DNA from: Octopus vulgaris
Taxonomy: Eukaryota
Direction: 5' to 3'
NCBI GenBank assembly: GCA_951406725.2
Contig: OX597830.1
Location: 34,596,001 to 34,660,000 of the forward strand
Length of the DNA: 64,000 nucleotides
Within the stretch, counting starts at the first letter, position 1. Each line of letters opens with the position of its first letter. A program made the position numbers and the translations under genes. The notes under the pieces were generated by a model that saw only the letters and a list, made by a program, of their open reading frames with translations, was not told the DNA's origin and made no database searches. This document shows, one piece after another, positions 12,290 through 25,527 of this stretch.

Positions 12290-12495
12290 ATTAATAAAAG
12301 TAATTCCAACCATGTCTGATTTTCACGTTTTATTTACAATCTTATAATGATATAATATAAGATATATAATATAATAAAAAAAAATAAAATAATAGAATGT
12401 TAAATGTTCATTCTGATTGAACTAGTACTTTCATGCAATAAATTCTGCAATCTTCAGGTTCATGTAGTAGTGGTGACAGTCATGCTTCACAATTT
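12290..12495 (-). mobile_element. Short Penelope-pLTR/retrozyme-like element between two (TA)n tracts
   Basis: On the minus strand a hammerhead is followed by an A/T-rich stretch and AATAAAACGTG; both flanks are TA repeats; no ORF. Confidence 0.6.
12418..12462 (-). ncRNA. Minimal type I hammerhead ribozyme, core intact
   Basis: UGAAC-CUGAAGA-U-UGCAG-AAUUUA-UUGCA-U-GAAA-GUAC-UA-GUUCA: 5-bp helix I, CUGANGA, 5-bp helix II above a U-U pair, GAAA, palindromic AGUACU helix III, CUA cleavage triplet. Confidence 0.82.
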
Positions 12496-12957
12496 TTATA
12501 TATATTTATATATATATATATATATAGTCATGTAGTGATGTATAGATGATAGACAGAAAGGAAACATCAGTAGACCTTCAGCACCTCCAGCGCTCTGTTC
12601 AACGAAGAGTGAAATATAAAGAGAAATGGAAACTTGCAAGCAGCTTGCTTTTGGGAGAGCTGTCAATCGAAAGCTCCGCATACCGGACGCCAATAGCTTT
12701 CAAATATAATAGGGAGTAAATGCAAATCGTTTCGAGGTCTTCCTTTCTGTGACATTACTGTGCATCGGTCCTTCTCGGTGATGAGAGGCCCCGATGAAAT
12801 GAATGGCCAAAGTGAAAGAGTAGACGTGGAAAACAGGGAAAGAAATACTAGTTGAATGAGTAAGAATAATTTTAAGACAAAGATGAGACTAGACAAAATA
12901 GAGCAAGCAGAAAGGAAACAAAAAACTCACGTTATATTTACATGAGTACTATACTTG

Positions 12958-13039
<82 letters not shown>

Positions 13040-13104
13040 GATAGGTCAACTCATGCATACATATATGCGTGCATACGTACATCAGCAATGTAACTACACT
13101 CTTG

Positions 13105-13248
13105 CTGTTGGCGATTTCTCTATTTAGATGAAGAGCTATGCTCGAAACGTCAAAAGCTTTTGTTTTACTGATTGTCATACTAATACATTCCTTGTGCACG
13201 TCCTCTCGTTGTCTCTTATGCTTATGTTCGTTTATTTCAACTGACTAC
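13105..13248 (+). mobile_element. GAGC/GCTC hammerhead-like element, copy 1
   Basis: CUAUU-UAGAUGA-AGAGC-UAU-GCUC-GAAA-CG-UC-AAAAG (13120-13156); downstream taataca...cacgtcctc is shared with the 15128 copy. Confidence 0.68.
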
Positions 13249-13958
13249 ATATATACACACATACACACATACATGCATACATGCATACATATGAATCGAC
13301 AGACGTTCGAGTGACTCTGAGTAGACGCGGAGAGTAATCTTAGCTCTCCAATAAATAATTAAACTCTTTTTGTACATTGAGTTATTTTCCTCTTGTTTAC
13401 AAGATCAAACGCTCACACACACACATACATACACTCACACAAACACACACACGCACACGCACACAATATGTATATATGATTATATGGATGAAGATAAGGA
13501 GACAGTAAACGATAAGTGAAACAAAGAGCAAACTGTAAGTGTAAACAAAGAAAATAATTGCTGTGTCTCTTGCTCTCCTTCTCTTCTTCTTCTTCTTCTT
13601 CTTATATATTTATACATATATGTGTGTGTGTGTGTGTGTGTGTGCATAGACAGAATAGGAGAATGTGTGAGTGGGGTTCAGGTATCGAGAAAGAATGAGT
13701 AACTAAGAAAGATAAGTATTAATGAAAGAGTAAAGAAAAAGAGAATGGTTGTAATTTCCTTACCATTTTTTTTCTCAATAAGCAGTGACATACTTTTCAA
13801 AGATTGGATAAGTATCCAATAAAATAACGCGTGTTTCATTGATTGAATTTTTCTACAAGTTTTGGCTGAAAGATGAAAGAGCTAAGGAAACAATAAAGAA
13901 TATAGACAAACATTTTTATTCCTATGTACACTTGTGACTATGTAGGTACGTATATATA

Positions 13959-14100
<142 letters not shown>

Positions 14101-14605
14101 GAGAAAGATTATCGATATAGATTTGCATGTATGTGTATTTATACATCCAGACACTTATACATTCATATAAGTTTCATTCATATTATTGTTATTATTAGTA
14201 TGATGATGACTATGACGACGACGACGACAGCCACTAACCTCCGCCAATGTAAAAATTGTAGCATCGTAATGAACTGATTTAACAATATGAGTAATAAAAT
14301 ACTAAGTGCAAGCTCATTTAATTCTATATTTTGAAGTTCTATCGCTCAATATTTATATTGGTGCCGACTGGAGTTTTTAAAATTTTGCAAAACCTACTAA
14401 GTACAACATTAATGGCATTGTAGTAAAAATCGTTATGCATAAACTGAAAAGTTTACTTTTCGACTTCGACTCTACTTTTGTTACGCTAGAAGAGCTACGT
14501 GTAACAATAGCTTCGTTCGAAATTGCTGGGAAACGTGATATACATGGCCTACGTATACCATATATACATACATATACACACACATACTCATCTTAAATAT
14601 ATGAA

Positions 14606-15060
14606 CAATTGCAGCGTGAAAGGTGTTTATAAAGCATTTAAAAACACACAAAAACCGTTAGATTCACTTCAGCATTTAAATTTAATTTGTCAAAATATTT
14701 TCTATTTCGTTACTACCAACAAGGGGCTAAACACAGAGAACAAATAAGGACAGACAAACGGATTAAGTCGATTATATCGACCCCAGTGCGCAACTGGTAC
14801 TTAATTTATCGACCACGAAAGGATGAAAGGCAAAGTCGACCTCGGCGGAATTTGAACTCAGAACGTAACGGCAGACGAAATACGGCGACGCATTTCCCCC
14901 GGCGTGCCAACGTTTCTGCCAGCTCGCCGCCTAATTTGTCAAAATATTTTCGTCGCTTTGAGACCGCGACCTGTTCACAGGCAAAACCGCATGCTGCAGT
15001 GAATCTAACGGTTTTTGTGTGTTTTTAAATGGCTTATAAACACCTCTTACGCTGCAATTG
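14606..15060 (-). mobile_element. Fold-back element with degenerate hammerhead, interrupted by a SINE
   Basis: ~70 bp inverted arms 14606-14675 and 14991-15060; minus strand GUGAACA-G-GUCGC-ggucucaaa-GCGAC-GAAA-AUAU-UU-UGACAAA at 14935-14978. Confidence 0.75.
14703..14931 (-). mobile_element. SINE family A monomer with 20-bp target-site duplication
   Basis: Head GGCGGCGAGCTGGCAGAAACG at 14931; TAATTTGTCAAAATATTTTC is identical at 14683-14702 and 14932-14951. Confidence 0.93.
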
Positions 15061-15127
15061 ATTTTGTTTCAGCACATGATCTCAGATCAGGTCACTTGCT
15101 ATGCAAGTACATCTCCCACGTGTGTAA

Positions 15128-15296
15128 CGATGGCGATTTTCTTCCTCCGTCTTCCCTTCTTTTGGACTTCCCTCTATTTCTGGAGAAGAGCTTTGCACAA
15201 AACGTAAAATCCTCTTTCTTCCCTTTCTTGAGCGTCACATAATACAGTACTTGTAACACGTCCTCGTGTATATTTTTCTTTGTTCTTTGTTTGGAT

Positions 15297-15300
<4 letters not shown>
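15128..15300 (+). mobile_element. GAGC/GCTC hammerhead-like element, copy 2 (degenerate)
   Basis: AUUU-CUGGAGA-AGAGC-UUU-GCAC-AAAA-CG-UA-AAAU; ends at (TA)n. Confidence 0.6.
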
Positions 15301-15335
<35 letters not shown>

Positions 15336-15827
15336 TCATAAATAGATCCGTGCCAATAGCTATAGGTCTCTAGAGATAATTAGCTCTATATTAATATGCT
15401 AAGAGATACTCAGCCGATAATTTCACGACAGTATTTGATTAGTATTTAACAGTTTCGCCCGTAAAAGAACATTGTCCACAGATGTTGATATAGTAACTTT
15501 TTCAGTCGTTACATCCAATTTAATCAAAAAGCACAAACTATATAGGAAGGTAGAAGAAATTCCCTTTTACACTGATAAATATTTCGTAAACCAACAACAG
15601 TTATCGAAAATATTCACAAAAGGTTACCAGCGCTTAATCAGATAAAGATATCTTTGACATAGCTGCCCCTTTCTATGAAAATTACAAATAATAAACAGAC
15701 ATGGCAACAAAATGAACCTGATTTAGGTGTGATGGTTAAAACGAACTAAAATTCCGATTCCTTACCTCTTACGAACAGGAAATCTATTGCGTAATCTTTT
15801 GTCTTAAACACTATGCCATATGCCCAC

Positions 15828-16035
15828 GGGCATATGGCAGAGTGGTTAAGAGCGCGTGCTACTAACTCCAAGATTCCCAGTTCGATTCTAAGCAGTGACC
15901 TGATTAATTATATTAATAATAATAATAGTAATATCAAAAAATACCTTAGAAATGAGAACCCAGGTTCGAAATTTCCCCAAGACACCGAATGTAAATAATG
16001 TAAAAAATTCCTCATCTCTTAAATATAGAACTGTA
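15828..16035 (+). mobile_element. tRNA-derived SINE (family D) or tRNA pseudogene
   Basis: TGGCAGAGTGGTTAAG (A box) and GTTCGATTCT (B box) at tRNA-like spacing, no intact acceptor stem, continues into an (AAT)n-containing body. Confidence 0.65.
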
Positions 16036-16197
16036 TTAAACGTTCTCGTTTGACAGCCTATTGGCTCTCTTGTTTTATACAGTGAATCAAAATCAGCCAA
16101 ACATCTCTTGAGTCTAATTAATACGTAGTTCAATCAGCCTTTTCCAAATGAAAATATCAATTCTCTCTCTCTAATTATATATACTCTTTTACACACT

Positions 16198-16332
16198 TTT
16201 AGTCGACCTCAGGGCTTATTCTTTGCATGCCTAGTACTCTAGTCTGTACGTCATTTTTGCCGAACCGCTAAGTTTCGGGGACATAAGCACAGCAACATAG
16301 GTTGTCAAGCGATGGTAGAGGGACACACACTA

Positions 16333-16371
<39 letters not shown>

Positions 16372-16516
16372 CACATATACAACAGGCGTCTTTCAATTTC
16401 CGTCTACCAAATCCACTCACAATGCTTTGGTTGAGCCGAGGTGCCAAGCAGTGGAACTGAACCCAGAGCCATGTGGTTGGGAACCAAGCTTCTTACCACA
16501 CAGCCACGGCTGCACC
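16198..16516 (-). mobile_element. SINE family B (internally deleted)
   Basis: Matches 20618-21020 in reverse; internal (CA)n(TA)n. Confidence 0.85.
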
Positions 16517-16548
16517 TATATGTATATATGTATCTATTATCTTTTATC

Positions 16549-16955
16549 CTTTTACTTGTTTCCATCATTGGACTACGTCCATAGCGGGTCACTGCCTTGG
16601 AGCATTTCAGCCGAGGGAATCAATCCCAGTGCTTAAGTTTTTTTCTCTTTAAAGCCCAGTACTTATTCTATCTGCTTCTTTTGCAGAACCTCTAATTTAC
16701 CGGAACGTAAACTTCACAATACCGGTTGTAAAGCGGTGGTGGAGGAAAAAGCCACATACACACGCACACACACACACATAGATACACACACACACACACG
16801 ACGTGCTTCTTTCTGTTACCTTTCACCAAATTTACTCACAAGGCTTTAGTCGGCTCGAGGCTGCAGTAGAAGACCCTTGCCCCCAAGGTGCCATGCAGTG
16901 GAACTGAACTCTGAACCATGTGGTTGAGAAGCAAACTTCTTACCACACAGCCACT
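16549..16955 (-). mobile_element. SINE family B
   Basis: cttttacttgttt...taccacacagccact; tandem with the previous copy. Confidence 0.85.
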
Positions 16956-16956
16956 A

Positions 16957-17014
<58 letters not shown>

Positions 17015-17624
17015 ATATACACGCACACTTACACACACACATACAAAATTGCATATAGATGCTCAATATTCTCGTCCAAAGGTTTATCGAAAATCTTTAT
17101 GAATAATTAAAAGTGAATTTTAAAAATAATAACAAATTTAAAATTATACAATACAAAATATACAAAATGAAAATCAACGTTAGGCGTCATCTAGTTTCTC
17201 ATCCAATCAACTCCCACGGTTGTTATCCAATATTTTCTCCTGATTATTTATATTCCGTTGGTGTTTTTGGTATTTCTCATTTATTTATAACCCTTTTCCT
17301 CTTTAAATTTATAATAAGTATTTATTTATTTAATTATTCATTTTAAAAGCCCTCTTTTTTTTTTTCTTATATTCCATGCTAATTAAATTTAATGACATTG
17401 CTAATTGGACAGAGTTGGCAAATGTGGCATATATATGATATCGGTGGTGTTGGTGATGGTGCTGTTAATATTATACGAGTTAAAAATAATATTTGGGGTG
17501 AAGAGGAGGTGGTGAGTTACAGGAATAATTATAGTTATCGTTGATGGCAGTGGTGTTGGTGGCGGGGAGGATAACGGTAGCAGTGTTATTGGATGAAATA
17601 CGTGTTATGAGATAATATCAATGT

Positions 17625-17960
17625 TGATGCCGTTTAACCACAGGTCAGCTTCCATCGGATAGATCTCTGATTAGTTTGCCTTCATAACTTCAGAGAACTA
17701 GGACTGCGTTATTTTAAGGTGTCAATTCATTATTTAAGATAGTAGACGGATCGGCTACCATTTCTAATATATCAAATGAAAGCACATAATCTTTTTCTGG
17801 TTGTTGATGTTGTTGGTTAGACCCAGGTCAAATCAGCTGTAAACATTTTGTCGCATTTTTCTCTGCTGGAAACTAAGAACGGAAAAATATGCTTAATTTT
17901 TTTTTAAAGATGGTAGTGCATGATTCCAGGAAGATTTGGCTGCTATTTCAAGGAAACAGA
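17625..17960. repeat. Old dispersed repeat, two tandem fragments (related pieces at ~36325-36490 and ~37455-37560)
   Basis: Recurring tgttt(a)acc(c)caggtcagc...agatct(a)tgat...tttaa(a)gat(a/g)gtag...atttggctgctatttc motifs. Confidence 0.45.
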
Positions 17961-18013
17961 ATGACTAAGCAGAATCTCCCCACCCCATAATTTTCTCTCT
18001 ATCTGTCTCTCTA

Positions 18014-18052
<39 letters not shown>

Positions 18053-18061
18053 GTCTGTCTG

Positions 18062-18094
<33 letters not shown>

Positions 18095-18399
18095 TAGTCG
18101 TTAGTGATTGGTGGAGATGGATTCTAATGAGATTTATACGATTGAAATATGCAAATACAAGCATGAAAATCGGAAGCAAAATTTCATATTTGAATCATCA
18201 CCTTCCTTCTTCATTTGTTTTCTAGCTATTTTCACATTTATATATATTGCATCAAAAATGTTACCACTAACGCAACTATGATTTTCCTTACATGCAATGT
18301 CGAAAAGCAATTTATTCTGCCATCTACTCCTCAATGTGCATATTTACTTAGCGATTCTATTATATTTTATAAGTCTTTTGAAAAATACAGTGAAATCTA

Positions 18400-18446
18400 T
18401 AGTTTCCTGATGAAGCCTAATACGATAGAAACATGCGCAGAATTAT
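18400..18446 (+). ncRNA. Degenerate minimal hammerhead motif
   Basis: UAGUUUC-CUGAUGA-AGCCUAAUACGAUA-GAAA-CAUGCG-CA-GAAUUA; U16.1 replaced by C, helix II eroded. Confidence 0.45.
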
Positions 18447-18855
18447 TTGACAATTCAATGACTGTTTTCCTTATCACATATTATTGTCTTGTTAGGTTTA
18501 ACTATGTATTAAAACATATACACATTTACATTAAAAATATTAAAACTAACCTAACTTTCATTGTCTTTTCCTTTCTTTCCTCCTCTTTTCTCTCATTCCC
18601 TCCTTTTCTTTTGGTTTATATCTTCTGTTTTTTTTCAACATTGTCATTACGAACACTATCAAGAGTATTGTTACCATCAAAACTCATCACCACCAGCACC
18701 ACCATCACCACGTTTGCTAATTCATTCATTTTACGTCAGGCGCTATTTTGAGATAATTTAAAATGCCGGGTACACATTATTAAAGAATATACGATTGCAA
18801 ACCACGTATGCAGAATAATAATACCACACATATATAATACATATATACATACATA

Positions 18856-19069
18856 CGTAGGGATGTTGAAAAGTTTCTGGCTTTGGGTAAAAGAAAATAC
18901 AAGAGGATCAGTTAATGATAATTTATTCAAAATATTCCCCTCAGATTCACACACTTATTGCTGTGGTTCTTCAGTTGTTCTAAGCCCTGTAAAAGAACTC
19001 GGAATGCTGGGTCTGCAACCGGGCCTTTCGTGACATCCTTAAAGCTAGGAAATTTTCAGCGGCCTCTCG
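18856..19069. mobile_element. Mariner-derived MITE
   Basis: TA|CGTAGGGATGTTGAAAAGTTTCTGGCTTT ... AAAGCTAGGAAATTTTCAGCGGCCTCTCG|TA; imperfect ~29 bp TIRs with TA on both sides. Confidence 0.72.
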
Positions 19070-19479
19070 TATGTGTGCGTGTTTTCACGACATCACTGGC
19101 CGTTTGTCCATTACTATAGATTCATCAAATTTTCTGTGTGCCAGTATGAACCGCAACTAATGATGCAATTACGTTATATGGCAGTGCCACCCACCGGTGC
19201 AAAGAAATATTTCGTCAACCGACATTGCCGATGCTAAATTAACATATCTCTTATCACGAGGTGGTATCTCTGGAGGTTTACGGCACTTTAAGGCATTCTA
19301 AGCAACACTTTCAATTTAGGTTGAATGTTCCAATTATTAAAAGCTATTTTTTTTTGATCTATACGAATATCTACGGTTGTTGTGGTAACTAAGTCTAACA
19401 ATGAATTACACAACATACGAGTCCAATGACCAAGTGCATGGTGGTATAGCTGTGCTAATGACTGTTTTGAAATTTGACA

Positions 19480-19665
19480 CAAGGGAAGTAATTTTATTGA
19501 GATGGGGGAAAGTTGATTATTTCTACAAATCTGTTAATTAATTTTCTCGACCACTAGAAGATGAAATGCAAAATTAACTTTGGTGGGATTTGAACGTAAA
19601 AAGCCAAAAGAAATACTGCTAAGTATTTTGTCCAACTCAATAACGCTTCTGCCGTATCGCAGCCT
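19480..19665 (-). mobile_element. Degenerate SINE family A
   Basis: gatgaaatgcaaaattaactttggtgggatttgaac...gaaatactgctaagtattttgtcc...aacgcttctgcc. Confidence 0.6.
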
Positions 19666-19780
19666 TTAATAATTATAATCGGTGGGTAGAAAGAAATTGA
19701 AAGCAGTTATTTAAGCATTAAAGCGTTTAGTCAAACAAATCAGCCCCAGTAATTATTTTAAAGTTTGGTATTTATACTAT

Positions 19781-20178
19781 CTCTTTTACTTGTTTCAGTC
19801 ATTTAACTGCGGCTATGCTGGAGCACCACCTTTAATCGAGTAACTCCAGGACTTATTCTTTTTGTAAGCCCAGTACTTATTCTATCGGTCTCTTTTGCCA
19901 AACCGGTAAGTAACGGGGACATAAACACACCAGCATCGGTTGTCAAGCAATGCTAGGGGGACAAACACAGACACACAAGCACACACACGCATATATATAT
20001 ATATACATATATACGACGGGCTTCTTTTCAGTTTCCGTCTACCAAATCCACTTCACAAGGCTTTTGTCGGCCCGAGGCTATAGTAGAAGACACTTGCCCA
20101 AGATGCCACGCAGTGGGACTGAACCCGGAACCATGTGGTTGGATAGCAAGTTACTTACCACACAGCCACTCCTGCGCC
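19781..20178 (-). mobile_element. SINE family B, full length, nested in an older B fragment
   Basis: Complete head to tail; the flanks (19720-19780 and 20180-20215) join into another B-type 3' segment. Confidence 0.9.
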
Positions 20179-20552
20179 TATATCGTTTTCTTTTGCCGAA
20201 TCACTAAGTTGTGGTGGCGCAAACACTTTGGAGAAATTTTTGGATATTGAAACACAACTAGCTTTAAATGACATCGGCGGACCATCGGGCATTAGCGTTT
20301 TCATTTACCGTCTTCTCCTCGGCCACAGAAACATTCGGTTACTAAACGCTATGTCGGAAATTCCATTTCTAATACAGGAATCAGCAACCGAAAGGTTTGC
20401 TGAATTTTAGGGAAACTGGAAAGTTTTAAGTTAAATCGATGAAATTCTGTTGAAGTTATCATCCGGACTGCATTTATCCCAACTAAATATTATAAATGTG
20501 CGTGTACGTCTCTCTCACAATCAATCTAATTGTCTGTCTCTATGTATACGTA

Positions 20553-20617
<65 letters not shown>

Positions 20618-20620
<3 letters not shown>

Positions 20621-20785
20621 TGGCTGTGAGGTAACTAGCTTGCTTACCAACCACATGGTTCCGGGTTCATATACTCACTGCGTCACACCTTGGGCAAGTG
20701 TCTTCTACTATAGCACTCGGCCGACCAAAGCCTTGTGAGTCGATTTGGTAGTCGGAAACTGAAAGAAGCCCTTTGTATGTATATG

Positions 20786-20824
<39 letters not shown>

Positions 20825-21020
20825 CTGTCTGTTTTCCCCCCCCAACATTGCATGACAACCGATGCTGGTGTGTTTACGTCCCCGTAATTTAGCGGTTCGG
20901 CAAAAGAAACCGATAGAATAAGTACTAGGCTTCCAAAGAATAAGTCCTGGGGTAGATTTGCTCGACTAAAGGCGGTGCTCCAGCATGACCGCAGTCAAAT
21001 GACTGAAACAAGTAAAATAG
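20618..21020 (+). mobile_element. SINE family B, near full length
   Basis: GAGTGGCTGTGAGGTAA...CCGGGTTCA...CCTTGGGCAAGTGTCTTC...GGAAACTGAAAGAAGCCC-(TA)n(TG)n-...GACTGAAACAAGTAAAA. Confidence 0.92.
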
Positions 21021-22025
21021 AAAGAGAAAATAGTGAGATATGATTTTTTGTGTGTATGTATATTACAACATTAGAAAGACTGCCTGTATAATTCTGTCTT
21101 CTAAGGTATACACGCAATGCGTTCCTGAACAGGCATCAGCCGAAATTTTTGTCACAGAAAATTTCTAAAGTGCCAACAAAATTCTCTAAGAATACTATTT
21201 ATAGCAGGATTTTTAAAAATATAAATACTTACCTATTTAAGTCTATTACTTTCATGACAAACACAGTAATTGTAATGCCGTAGAAATACACATATAGGCG
21301 TCCACACAGACTGAAAAAAATACGAAATAAATTAACGTCCACACACACACACACACATTGACAAAAAAATTCAATATAGAAAGAGTAATTATCTTTTTAT
21401 TACGTATCTAATTAATTAATTAATGGACAACAAAACAATTTGCAATTTAAGAAATTTTTATCTAGGCTTTAATTATCTTTCGATAAAAAAACTGGCAGTA
21501 ATTAAAAAGACCAAAAAAAATATGAATGATTCGATAAATCAATCTATATATATAACGGTGTTCGTGTGTACGTCCGTGTGTGTCTACGTAAGTATATACA
21601 TACATACTTGCATTTCATATATATGCATGATTACAAACACACACATACGTACACAGATATATATACACACCTTTCTGTATCTATATAAAAATGTACGTGT
21701 ATATATATACGAATACGTGTATCAATATACATAAGTTTGCGTGAATATGCGTAAGTATATAGACGTGAGTGTGTGTGTGCGTGCATATACACATGTATAT
21801 ATATATACATACGCACACACATATATATATATACATGTATACACATACAAACGCACAAACACACACACACATACACACACACATATATATATATATATAA
21901 ATATATACATATGTATAGGTGTTATATATATGTATATGTTTATGCGAGTGTACCGAAGACTGTATGCGAATATATATATATATAATATACATAAGCATGT
22001 ATAGTTATATAGTTTCATATAGTTA

Positions 22026-22077
<52 letters not shown>

Positions 22078-22560
22078 GGTATACACACACCACGCACGCA
22101 CCTTTATATATGTGTATGTGTGTAATTATACAGGTGCATCTATAGATATGTGAGTGTGTGTGTATGTATACGGACATAATTGTTTCATTAATTGTTTCAG
22201 TTTCACTCGAGAATCTTTTCTCATTGATATATATTTCTATTGATACTTTAAGAGTTCAATTAACTTACATTTAAATGAAGACAGACTTTTTCACTTGATT
22301 TTTACAAAGTATCCTCAAATTTTTCTCCAATGCAGCTGGAGAATTGAAACATTATTAGAGAATATTTTTTCTTTAGATTCTATTTATTCCTGGTATTAAT
22401 TAAGTGTTAATTATCACAAAGAAAAAAATATATATACATAGAGAAATAAACAAAATTTAATTAAGAAAACGTAAAACAGCGACAAAAACACAAATAGAAA
22501 TTTAGTAAATTAAAAGAGATACGTAATTATGTGCTTTATTTTCAAAGAAAATGTGTCACA

Positions 22561-22633
<73 letters not shown>

Positions 22634-22707
22634 GATACATATATAAGTTTATATGTATATATATACATAAGTTTATATATACATATATGTTTATATATAT
22701 ATATATA

Positions 22708-22776
<69 letters not shown>

Positions 22777-23543
22777 GAGACAGAGAGAAAGAGGGTGCAT
22801 GATTGCATATATGTATGTATATATGAATGTATATGAGAATGTATGTGCGTAGATATGTGGGCGGATAAGTATGGTAAAAATATATATCATATAACTATAT
22901 ATAAATTATATCTGTCTGTCTATCTATCTGTATGCAATATATGCGTATATATTATGTATGTATGTATGTATGTGTGAAATGAAAATGAAGTAAGAGAAGT
23001 ATATCAGATTGGCCAGTGGTATGTGTATAACAAAGAAGAATAAATTTGTAGTAAATATCATAGTGTATGAAGTCTTGATTTATTGATGCCTGCTTGAATG
23101 ACAATACAACAATCATTTGGAGGCAAAGAGGATCCTTTCCAGTTGAGATTAGGAGATGAAGTCACGTACCAAGAATTCACCAGAACTATCAAAATATTAA
23201 TGAAATAAAAATATCGAAATATTAATGAAAAGATAAGATAAGAACAGTCTGACTATCTCCAGTCAATAGGAAAATTTCTACCTAAAGAGTCGTTATCAGC
23301 ATAGCAGTTAGTCAAAATTGCCTTCCGTAGAACGAGACATATATAAAAATGGAGTAGAACATGCTCACGCACACTCTTACGTGTATGTACGCAAATGTGT
23401 ACGGATTGGGCTTTTGAAAAGCTTGTTATTTCTGCTTAAATATCAATCTTTCTTTCTGTCTATTTTTCTTAGCATTTATATCTATATCTATCTATATTTA
23501 TCTATGTATCAGCATATACATACACCCCTATACTATACTATCC

Positions 23544-23576
<33 letters not shown>

Positions 23577-23900
23577 GTTCATTTGAAAAGTCAGCTATGT
23601 AAAAGTCGTAGTAATGCATTGAAAGGTATCAGCTATCTCTATGTGCACATGTATGCGGTTGTGTGTGTCTATATATGCCAGTGTGTATGTGCATATGTAT
23701 GTGCTGTATGTATTTATTATTTATCATAGATTAGTACACAAGAAATTGAAATCAGTGTCTTTTGAGAGGTCTGTTAATTAAGGAATTTAAAGTACTTCAC
23801 TCTGTATAATTTCATTAATAGACAATTATATATTTGGGTTCTTTCGGCTGATGAAGATCTTTCTTCTGTCTCTTAAAAGTATTTGTTTCGTTTCAAATGT

Positions 23901-23951
<51 letters not shown>

Positions 23952-24739
23952 GTGTGTGCTTGTGTATATATATAATTAAAATAACAACTCCACCATCGCT
24001 GTCGTCAGCAGCAATCAAGATATATAGTCTGACTAATAATTAAATAAATAAAACCAATATTGTAATAAATAAAGAAAATGAAATGATTAAGGAGATAGAT
24101 AATTAGGAAGAAATTAGTTTAATTAAAGTGTTTTATTATTTTTTCTTTTTCTTCATTATCTTCAATATTTGTGTAAGTGTCTATGTCTAGATATGCGTAG
24201 GTTTTAATGTGTGTGCGTGTGTGTGTGTGTGTGTATGAATCTTATGATGTTTAAAATCAGCTTTTATATGTGTAAATGTATATGACGTGTGCTTCTATGT
24301 AATGTACGCAACAATAAATAGGGGTAAACACACGCATAAATATATGTATGCAAGCAGTAATACCCACACTTGCCCATATACGCTTATGTGCGCGTATATA
24401 CACACTCACACACACACACACACGTATGTACACGTATATATTGCCAGAAATGTGAAGAAAAAAAAGAAAAAGAAAAAAATAGTGTTGTCCAAATTAGTTG
24501 CAACTTTACGGAATTTTCAGCAAACAGAGAGATCAATAATTGAATATGGACAACGAATAGACTCAGCATTTAAAATTTTCAGGAAAAAAAAACAAAAACA
24601 AAAAAAAAGAATTCCGTCGTGAAGGAGTTTGCTTCTGAATATACGAATTCACATGTTGTTATCGTTACAGAAATTCTTTGCAAGCAAAACCACGTCGTCA
24701 TATATTCCTACGCTGCGCAAGGTTAAAAAGAGAAAACAT

Positions 24740-24886
24740 CGTCATCATCATCATCATCATCATTTTCTTCTTCTTCTTCTTCTTCTTCTTCTTCTTCTTC
24801 TTCTTCTTCTTCTTCTTCTTCTTCTTCTTCTTCTTCTTCTTCTTCTTCTTCTTCTTCTTCTTCTTCTTCTTCTTCTTCTTCTTCTT
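24740..24886. repeat. (CAT)n followed by ~120 bp pure (CTT)n
   Basis: Explains the poly-L/F/K/E/R ORFs; long polypurine/polypyrimidine mirror repeat. Confidence 0.97.
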
Positions 24887-25276
24887 CCCCTCCAGCCGCA
24901 ACCAAGTTGCATTTCTACATACCATGTCACAGAACTTTTGTAGGCCCTCAATTTCTCGTTATGCTTTTTTTTTTTTACTAATAACAACGATGATGCAACA
25001 TAGTGGCCTTTGCCCTCTGCTAGTAAGTAAACATCGCCAAGCATAGCATCTAGCGTGGCCAGACGATGGGCAAAATAACAGTGTCTAACAAAGCTTACTG
25101 TACGTTGCGGAAGTAAAGATGCGTGGAATGTGACAATGGATACTCTAATTTGTCTTATGCTTTCGGCATGAGTTATTTTGAACTCTTATAATTTAGTGTG
25201 CATACCATCAATGTGATCTTGAAGTTTGTCTTTCGTAATCCAAGTTTTGTCTCCACAAGGCTGAAACCAATTGTTG

Positions 25277-25336
<60 letters not shown>

Positions 25337-25339
25337 ATA

Positions 25340-25499
25340 GGTGCAGGAGTGGCAGTATGATAAAAAGCTTGCTTTCCAACCATATGTTTTCAGGTTCGGT
25401 CCCACTGCGTGGCACCTTGGGCAATCGTTTTTCTATTATAGCCTCGGGCCGACCAAAACCTTGTGAGGGGATTTGGTGGAAACTGAACGAGGCCAGTCG
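25340..25499 (+). mobile_element. SINE family B, 5' half (resumes at ~26845-26873 after the mariner)
   Basis: Head through GGAAACTGAACGAGGCCAGTCG, then (TA)n holding the mariner; gtgtctatgtttgtccc resumes downstream. Confidence 0.85.
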
Positions 25500-25527
25500 A
25501 ATATATATATATATATATATATATATA

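Noticed and set aside
15828-15900. Functional tRNA gene
   Set aside because: A and B boxes are present but there is no proper acceptor stem or terminator; treated as a SINE head. The same applies to the family A, B and C heads.
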